DNA of 63,587 nucleotides, the filler included, from Octopus bimaculoides (lineage: Eukaryota), in the NCBI RefSeq assembly GCF_001194135.2. It is 4 parts of 4 records of this genome, joined end to end, with 100 filler letters (N's around TTAATTAATTAA, not from the genome) between each part and the next. Parts side by side here need not be neighbours in the genome. Positions count along the whole stretch, not along the records: positions 49,952 to 62,215 come from NC_068981.1; positions 62,316 to 63,587 come from NC_069005.1; 2 more parts are not named here. One strand, given 5' to 3'. Positions 54,478 through 63,587 of this stretch are shown here, piece by piece; position 1 is the stretch's first letter; each line of letters begins with the position of its first letter. The position numbers and the translations under genes were made by a program. The notes beneath the pieces were generated by a model. The model saw only the letters and a list, made by a program, of their open reading frames with translations. It searched no databases and was not told where the DNA came from.

Positions 54478-55283
54478 GTAATCCACATGTGTGTGCCAGT
54501 TTTGGCTGTAGTCAGCTAGTTAGTCATGTCAGCGAGTAGAAACCTCAGCAATGTTTTGCTTCACTTCATTTTTTGTCTGAGTATTTTTTTTTATTGCTTA
54601 TGGCATTGTATTTTGTTGATTTTATTTTGATTTTATATTTGACTTCTTTTGCTCTTGCTATTGTTTCCTTATTATTTGTCGATAGATTGCACTTTAGTTC
54701 AAGATAGACGAAACAGAAAGATAAGAAACGAATAGATGAAGTACAAAAGGAAAAAGAAAAAGAATGAGAATCAAAGATGGAAGAAAACTATTGAGATGGG
54801 GGAAGAAACAAAGAAAAGAGAAAAATAATATTAAAACTGGTACAAAGAATTTTAAAAAAATCAAAGAAGAAAAGCAAATAAAATCAGAGGGAAAATGTAA
54901 AATCCAAGAAAAGAAACAAAAATGAAAATAAAACGAGTTTAATGAAGAGGAGAAGAACGTTGTGGAGTGGAATGGATATAGAAAATGAATAATAAAGCAG
55001 AAAGAAAAAAGGGTTTGGAATAGGAATGTAAACTGTTTTCCGAACGAGAAATGGAATCTTGGAAAATAGTGCGATTTGGATTTAGTTAAATTCGACAATT
55101 AGGGCACTAGGTCTTGCTTGGTTCCTTTAAAACAGGTCTGTGTTAGAAATAATGTGCCTTGCAAATCATGGCAAGAATGAGTTTAAGGCACATGGGATGA
55201 AAGAAAGGCTTCCTAAGTTAAGTTTTGCTTTGAAAACAAAATACGTATGTACAAATATATGTTAATATATATGCGTGTACGTA

Positions 55284-55325
<42 letters not shown>

Positions 55326-56076
55326 TGTGTGCGTGCGTCGGCATTGGTGTGTATGTGTGTGTATTTGCTATTTAACATTCAAATCATTTCAAATATGGAG
55401 CATCATTCATCACAGTTTCTTTATTTCCTTTTACTTATCCCGCTGGCTTTCTTTTCTCTGAAGGAAGATCTACATGGTAGATGATACATTGTAGAAGAAA
55501 AGTTCGACATAACATCATCAATTATCTAGTTGAAGAAATGCGCTAGAAGATGTTTTGTCTCTTCCTCACTTCACTCAAGCATTCCACGTTTCAACAATGC
55601 ACTTTATTTCACATCTTTCAACCATTTATTCCCTTTACTATTGCCCGATTCTCTTCTGTTATTCTGTCTTCTCATCACCAATTTTCATTCTTGCAATTAT
55701 TTATTTTGAACCACCCAGGTCGTAATCAGTTAGCAGTTCCAACCAAATTTCTGCCAAAACTTACATCCATTCTCTTCTTTTAACTCACTCTCATTCCCTC
55801 TTTGATTCTCTCTCCTGTCCCTCTCTCCTCTCCCTTTCTCTTTCTCCCTCTCTTTCATCTCTCTGTCCGTCTATTGGTCTCCCTCCCCCTCTCTCGTACT
55901 CTTTCTCTCTTTCTTTCTTTGCCTTTCAGATATAAAGCCAGTTCTTGTTTTCGTTATATTCTAAAATTCTTTTTTCTATAGAAGAAAAGAATACGACGAA
56001 TATTGTAACTTTTCGCTTTTTCAAGCTGAAGCTTCACATTCTCTTTACAACTATGCTAGTAGTTTGATTTGTGGGT

Positions 56077-56810
56077 TTACTCTTTTACTCTCTTACTTGT
56101 TTCACTCATTTGACTGCGGCCATGCTGGAGCACCGCCTTTAGTCGAGCAAATCGACTCCAGGACTTATTCTTTGGAAGCCTAGTACTTATTCTATCGGTG
56201 CTTTTGCCGAACCGCTAGGTTACGAGGACGTAAACACACCAGCATCGGTTGTCAAGCGATGTTGGGGGGGGGGGACAAACACAGACACACAAACATATAC
56301 ACACACATACATATATATATATATACACATATACGACGGACTTCTTTCAGTTTCCGCCTACCAAATCCACTCACAAGGTTTTGGTCGGCTCGAGGCTATA
56401 ATAGAAGACACTTGCTCAAGGTGCCACGCAGTGGGAATGAACCCGNNNNNNNNNNTGCTGGAGCACCGCCTTTAGTCGAGCAAATCGACTCCAGGACTTA
56501 TTCTTTGGAAGCCTAGTACTTATTCTATCGGTGCTTTTGCCGAACCGCTAGGTTACGAGGACGTAAACACACCAGCATCGGTTGTCAAGCGATGTTGGGG
56601 GGGGGGGACAAACACAGACACACAAACATATACACACACATACATATATATATATATACACATATACGACGGACTTCTTTCAGTTTCCGCCTACCAAATC
56701 CACTCACAAGGTTTTGGTCGGCTCGAGGCTATAATAGAAGACACTTGCTCAAGGTGCCACGCAGTGGGAATGAACCCGGAACCATGTGGTTGGTAAGCAA
56801 GCTACTTACC
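56077..56810 (-). mobile_element. SINE family B, with 323 bp duplicated across a 10-N gap
   Basis: Homologous to 38342-38788. Segment 56123-56445 is identical to 56456-56778. Confidence 0.88.
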
Positions 56811-56829
56811 CATTTTTATTACATTTTTT

Positions 56830-57040
56830 TTTCTACTCTAGACACAAGACCCGAAATTTTTGGGGATGGGGCCAGTCGATTAGATCCATCACAGTACGCA
56901 ACTGGTACTTAATTTATTGACCCCGAAAGGATTAAAGGCAAAGTCGACCTCGGCAGAATTTCAACTCAGAACGTAAAGACAGACGAAATACCGCTAAGCA
57001 TTTCGCCCGGCGTGCTAACGCTCCTTCCAGCTCACCGTCT
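56830..57040 (-). mobile_element. SINE family C, tail type 2
   Basis: Reverse complement of 46906-47060, with the gacacaagacccgaaattttt tail. Confidence 0.88.
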
Positions 57041-57092
57041 ATTTCTATTGCATATTTTTGTGCACCCGCATGCACACACACACTTCACCCAC

Positions 57093-57131
<39 letters not shown>

Positions 57132-58959
57132 TCACACACACATCCATTAGAAAGCTCATCATGCTAGTTAATCACGAGTACAAATTTTCTTAAATTTCAT
57201 CATTAATTTTCTCTATATATTTTATAATAATAATTTAAAGCCCTGAGTTCTATGATATTATTTTCTCTTCTGTTTTGTTANNNNNNNNNNNNNNNNNNNN
57301 NNNNNNNNNNNNNNNNNNNNNNNNNNNNNNNNNNNNNNNNNNNNNNNNNNNNNNNNNNNNNNNNNNNNNNNNNNNNNNNNNNNNNNNNNNNNNNNNNNNN
57401 NNNNNNNNNNNNNNNNNNNNNNNNNNNNNNNNNNNNNNNNNNNNNNNNNNNNNNNNNNNNNNNNNNNNNNNNNNNNNNNNNNNNNNNNNNNNNNNNNNNN
57501 NNNNNNNNNNNNNNNNNNNNNNNNNNNNNNNNNNNNNNNNNNNNNNNNNNNNNNNNNNNNNNNNNNNNNNNNNNNNNNNNNGTGTGTGTGTGTGTGTGTG
57601 TGTGTGTGCGCACACGTTAAATTAATTATCTTTTGCAGCAATTAATTCCATGTCTGAAAAATGAATATAAATAAATGAATGGACGTCATTTTCAACAAAT
57701 GATGTTTCCAGCTGTTAAATCATCAGGTCTGCCTATTCATTGTTGTAGTGTAAATGACTGAGTATTCCGCAGAACACTTGTGCCATTCACGTAATTGCTG
57801 ATATTGATGAATGAGCACAGTAGTGTGACAAAATTGAACCTTCAACCTACGTTTAGAATGTATTTGATTGCTTTGCAGAGGGCGGCCGACTACGAATTTT
57901 CCCTCACAAAGCTTTGGCTGACTCTAAGTTTTCATGAAAAATATTTGCACAAACGATGCACAGTAGGATCGAACTAGGTATCACGTAATGAAGAAACTAG
58001 CTTCTTAGTTTCTCAAATTACTTTCCTTCCAGACCGAGGTACTAGAGCATATTAGAAACTCCGAAAATTTGGTGTCGGATAGTCTCCATTCAGAGAAGAA
58101 ATTTTTGTTCACTCAAGTTAAGCACCAACTTAGTGGACACGTCTCCGGTTTTTGAATGATCAACCATTTTATCCTCTTCATCTGGTTTCTTATCTGCAAT
58201 AGGATTTAATGTATACCTACGCGGAGAGATTGTCTCATAGCTCATTTTTAATTGTTCACTCTTGTTAGCTTCACATACTGGTCATAGATTTGATAATCTA
58301 ATATCTCGACGGTAAAATGAATAAGATAATGTACTTTTGTCTTCATACAATAATCTACACTGCTGATAAAAATAAAACTTTATCGAGCAGATCAAATTAT
58401 TCTAATTCATTGATTGTTTAAGTCTCTCAATTAAAACATTTCAGAATTTTATGAGTTACTATTGGAATGAGAGGTATGACCATGGACTTTGCATGCATTC
58501 CCAGACTGTTGAGATTAATTCGGTTGCTGTTGTATATGGACACTTTAAGGCCAATATTCCCAGTAGAAAACCATCAGCGGTGGAAAGAAATTCAAAACGT
58601 TGCAGCTTTGGCTTTTAATAACCTGGTGAAACGTTCTCCGGTGATTCTGGAAAGAGAAACCCAATAAAGGCGAAGAGACAAAGAGAAGTGTGTCAGAATA
58701 TTTACGATAATTATCCTTTATATATATATGCATGTGTGTGTGTCCACGCGCGTTTGTGCATGTAGTGGGTGGGGGCTTAGATGCACACGTACGTTTCATA
58801 TTCTCTGTTCAAATCTCGATAATGTAAGTATTCCAGTTTCAAACTCTGGAGTCACTTTCAATGAATATTCTTTTCTACAAAATGTGTGCCCTTGCATTTA
58901 TGTCAGAAATTGTTTTGCATATTATAATGTATGCTTACATTTGGATGCACAAAGTATAA

Positions 58960-59552
58960 TTGTTAATTTTAACTCAAGGCCAGCAATTCTGAGAGCGTGT
59001 CGATTTACATACATCCTAGTACTTTACTTTATCGACCTCGAAAAGATCAATGGCAAAGTAGTCATCAGACCGCAAAAAAGAATTGGAAGAAATGCTATTA
59101 AACATTTTACTCAACGCGCTATGGATACTGCTAGCTGGCCATTTATGGATGCATTTCATATTATTTCAAATTTTGGCAGTGGGACAACAACCTTTTGAGA
59201 AGAGGGCGAGTCGATTACACAGGCCCAAGATGATGAAAAGTATAGTTGACTTCGATGGGATTGAACTCACAAAGCAAAACGTCGGGTGAAATGCCACTGA
59301 GTAAGTTGCTCGATGCGCTAACAGTTCTACTAGCTCAGCGCCTTATGGATAGACATAATATTGATTTTAAATTTTGGCACAAGGCCAACAATTTCGGGAT
59401 AGGTGTAAGTCCATTACCACGACCCTAGGAGGAAATACAAAAGGATGAAAAACAAGTCAAACTCAGCAGATTTTGAATCTAGAACTTGAAGACGGACGAA
59501 ATGCCGCTAAGCATTTTGCCTGATGTGCTAACGATTCTGCCAGGTCGGCGAC
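58960..59552 (-). mobile_element. Three adjacent degenerate family C SINEs
   Basis: Repeating modules (aaggcca.caatt, gatgaaa, gaaatgc..ctaa(g)cattt, ctgc/ctag) at about 58960-59145, 59160-59345 and 59365-59552. Confidence 0.65.
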
Positions 59553-60227
59553 TTGTAATGGATATATTAAAATCAAGAAAAAGTACCAGTTGTTCACTAG
59601 AGTCGATGTAATTAATTTACCTTCTCTCTCCTATGAAATGGCTAAAATCAAGCTTCTTACGGTATATCAGCGATTAAAGTGTTAGAAAGAGAAACGAGCT
59701 CAATTTTTACTTGGTTCTTGCATTTTATTCGTCTTCTTTATGTTGTTGTGTCTTTTTAGAAAATTCCCTTTTTTAAAAAATAATATAAATGCATATTCGC
59801 TATTTCACCAAGTTTAGTAATAATTAAAATCAAATAAAATCCCTATTTAATTGATGTAATTTATATCTCTAAGAGAAAGCTCTACTTGAAAAAAAATTAC
59901 GTGTTTTATTTAAAATGTAAATTCGAATGACAGTTTTTAATTATGAAAATTCTAAACTAAACATTATAATTATGAAAAAAAAATTCAGAATTTTTTGTAA
60001 GTATAAATATCAATGTAAGATGTGAATAAACAGTTCATTGGGGTTTATAAACTATAGGAGAGATAAAATTTCAACACACATGCACTACACAAGTACACAT
60101 AAGCCTTCCCTACACACTGCTTTAAAGACTTCGTATGTGGCACTGGCATTGGGTTCTTTGTATCAAGACAAATAAGTGCATTAGTGCATAATTGCATATA
60201 TATACATATATATATATATGTATGTTT

Positions 60228-60385
60228 GTAAATCTATATACATACATATATACATATATATATATGTATGTATGTAAATCTATATACATACATATATACA
60301 TATATATATATATGTATGTAAATCTATATACATACATATATACATATATATATATGTATGTATGTAAATCTATATACATACATAT
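60228..60385. repeat. 44-46-bp minisatellite built from TA/TACA microsatellite
   Basis: The anchor gtaaatctatatacatacatat recurs at 60228, 60274, 60318 and 60364. Confidence 0.85.
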
Positions 60386-61866
60386 AATATATATATATGT
60401 ATGCATATACGTATGAGTATATATATATATATATACTGATGTAGCCAATTTCAGGCTACTGTACTTGAACTTATAACCGTAAACAGAAGTGTTTAGTTTA
60501 ACTAAAAACATTCTCAAATGGGGCAAGTAGCAGAACTCTTATATAAATTATGGTTTGTTCATTATTTCCTCCAACAGTTTGGATAATTTCTTCTAGAATT
60601 ATTATCTGTAGAAGTCGTGTCCTTGTATATCTAATTAATCATGATTCAAGTAGATATATGCCATGGCTAACTACGGTGGTAGCTTAACTCTTTCGTTCTT
60701 GTAAGATCTTCTCAGTGTACCATAAGCAAAGCAGATGGCCTGACGTCAGATTGACTAGAAGCAATAGATTTTGGTATCAAAAAATAATTCAATAATTATT
60801 CAATTTAAAATATGATATTAGCATATATGTGAGCGTGTTCCTGTGTCTATGTGATTATGTGCACGTGTGACTGTATGATTGTGATTGTGCCTGTGTGATT
60901 GTGTATGTGTGTGTGTGTGTAAAATGTAATACACATAGTAATATTTATATGGACACATACCACAGACTCATATATCGATACATACGTTTCAGGGTATACA
61001 GCAAATAGGAACGCCAACATAATTTCTAATTGTCGGTGTTCTACAGTTATATTCAGGAAACATTTACAATACTGAGAAATATTTAGAATAGTGAAAAATG
61101 TTCATCTGATAAACAGGGATGAAATTTTGCCAAAAGAAATGTCCATATTTGGTGGCTGAATGATAAAAACTGTTAGTTAACTCAATATATTTGAATTAAA
61201 AGTTTGTGTATTCCCCATTCTACATAATGGGCGCTAAAAATTCTTCGGTAGAGATGTACTATGAACAAAAGTGACTATTACTCTGAAGACTTTTTTAATG
61301 TATCCCGCAATACTTCTACTGGTAACAATAATTAGTATACTTGAATTTCTCCAGAGGAAAACTGCCCCATAGGTTATTCAAACTCCGTAAGATCCTGACA
61401 TCAAATGGAAGAAAAGATGGAGTTACTTCCGTTTAGTTCTGAACGTTTCGAAAAAAATTTGTCATGATACAGATGGCATCAGCTAAATAAAATAAATGAT
61501 TAATGAATTACAAAGTCGAGGTGATCTACATATTATGGGTTGGAAGTGAACTCCTCTCTCAAGAGAATTATTCACATGTTCTCTCATGAGACATTATACT
61601 GCTGATCGGCACTCCAGAGACCTGGGAGGGAAAAGTTCAGAAAGACAACAAACTGTTATGCTTCGTTATATTTCCTATAATTTTGAGAAAGCAACTAATA
61701 TTAGCAGAAAGCGTAACCAATCTTGGTCCCGTAAAATTGCATGAAGTCGCCTTTTGAAGTGTATTACTTTCCAGTCGAGACCTCAGTGCAGTTACAATAC
61801 GTATAATAAACGAATAAAGAAAGCATTGTTTTTAAGCATTTAACATGGAATAGAAAATATTGATGA

Positions 61867-61957
61867 CTAGCAGAAATACCCGGCGTTGCCCGGGTTAAAG
61901 AGAATAATGAAATCTAAAAACGCCGTCTAGACTACGCATCATCTTTATATATAGAGA
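61867..61957 (-). mobile_element. Complete 91-bp non-autonomous Helitron
   Basis: Minus strand A|TCTCTATATATAAAG ... ACCCGGGCAACGCCGGGT (hairpin) ATTTCTG CTAG|T. This has the 5' TC, subterminal hairpin, 3' CTAG and A/T insertion site with no TSD. Confidence 0.85.
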
Positions 61958-62215
61958 TGTATATACACACACGCACCCAAACACACGTATATATATGTAT
62001 ATCAATATAAATATATGAAAGTCAATGAAGTTTCGTAAAAGAAGGTGATCATGTACATACTTTCTTGCTGTTGTGATTATAACACCTCATTGTAAACTAT
62101 GTTCCTTGTTTTCCCTTGTGGAGCATATACAAATAGGTTTTTTGTTGCTACCCACTCTTGAGCAGCCAACATACAGTTGTCCATGTGAGAAGCAGGGCTC
62201 TTCCAAGAGACAGTG

Positions 62216-62315
62216 NNNNNNNNNNNNNNNNNNNNNNNNNNNNNNNNNNNNNNNNNNNNTTAATTAATTAANNNNNNNNNNNNNNNNNNNNNNNNNNNNN
62301 NNNNNNNNNNNNNNN
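62216..62315. other. 100-bp scaffold join with TTAATTAATTAA linker (artefact)
   Basis: The same linker flanked by Ns, 100 bp in total. Confidence 0.9.
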
Positions 62316-62665
<350 letters not shown>

Positions 62666-63124
62666 ATAATAAAACCAAAAACGATTGTAACAATCCCACT
62701 GGGGCTTTTCATCCCTTTGTCTTATGTTTGCCAATGTTTATCATATCTATATATATACAACACGTTGTGAAAGAAAATGACACAACAGCAATTTAAAATA
62801 TCCTTTATCATACGTCGGATTTCTTTTCATACGCCAACGCTAATAAACACATACACTCATAAGTAAAGTAGAAAACACACACACACACACACNNNNNNNN
62901 NNACTACCTTCTTATCACACAGCCACTCCTCACCTATATACATGCATATATAATATTGATTAAATCTGATGTCCTCCCTAATCACAGGGATCATACCATT
63001 ATCGTCTTCTTTTATTCTTGTACACTTGCGCTCATTTTATTCTTTATATCTTTTCTTGAATGTAAATCCACACACTACTTTTGCATTGTCCTTCTCATTT
63101 GTTACCCATGTGGCAAATACACCG

Positions 63125-63165
63125 CATCATCATCACCATCACCATCAATAACATCATCAGCATCG

Positions 63166-63196
<31 letters not shown>

Positions 63197-63296
63197 ACCT
63201 GTTGATGCTGTTCTCGTTGTTATTATGACCATGATCATCACCGTCACCGTCACCAACATCTTCGTAAACATGAACATGATGATGATGATGTCGATT

Positions 63297-63328
<32 letters not shown>

Positions 63329-63395
63329 GATGATGATGACCACGAGGATGATGATGATGATCACGAGAATGGTGATGATGATGACGATAATCATC
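63125..63395. repeat. (CAT/CAC)n followed by (GAT)n microsatellite
   Basis: Direct reading. Confidence 0.9.
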
Positions 63396-63587
63396 GTCGT
63401 TACATCACGTCTCAATTATTGCAGCTAGCAGCGGCAGTGAAGATGATGATGCGGACACTCCTTTTGAAAACGAGGACAGAGATGTCAATGTTGTCGGTGA
63501 TGACGATGACGGCGACAATGATGTAGAGAACGATAATGATGAATATAAACTAAGATAACAATAGCGATGAAGTTGATAATTTTCATG

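Noticed and set aside
56123-56778. Perfect 323-bp tandem duplication
   Set aside because: Identical copies flank a 10-N gap, typical of overlapping contig ends. A similar case occurs at about 37436-37700.
58467-58667. 66-aa ATG-initiated ORF MRGMTMDFACIPRLLRL...
   Set aside because: Short, no recognisable domain, and consistent with chance.

Overview
AT-rich, gapped eukaryotic scaffold dense in microsatellites and transposon debris. The repeat types and microsatellite load suggest an octopus genome (inference from sequence style, not a database hit). No conserved host protein-coding gene could be recognised, and most entries in the ORF track are microsatellite or N-gap artefacts. Supported content: a Helitron helicase remnant (5.1-5.5 kb); a complete 91-bp mini-Helitron (61.9 kb); a decayed Tx1/L1-type reverse transcriptase split by a 627-bp MITE with a 6-bp TSD and internal CCCTAA repeats (14.8-16.3 kb); four R4/Dong-like RLE retrotransposon remnants (17-26.8 kb); a TIR-bounded Tc1 element with DD36E spacing (41.5-42.8 kb); two mariner remnants; a 753-bp foldback-like element; a 4x94-bp array of a retroelement-like 3' tail; and about 20 copies of four tRNA-derived SINE families. 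A few speculative minus-strand exons could encode a small secreted prohormone-like protein, but this is low confidence.
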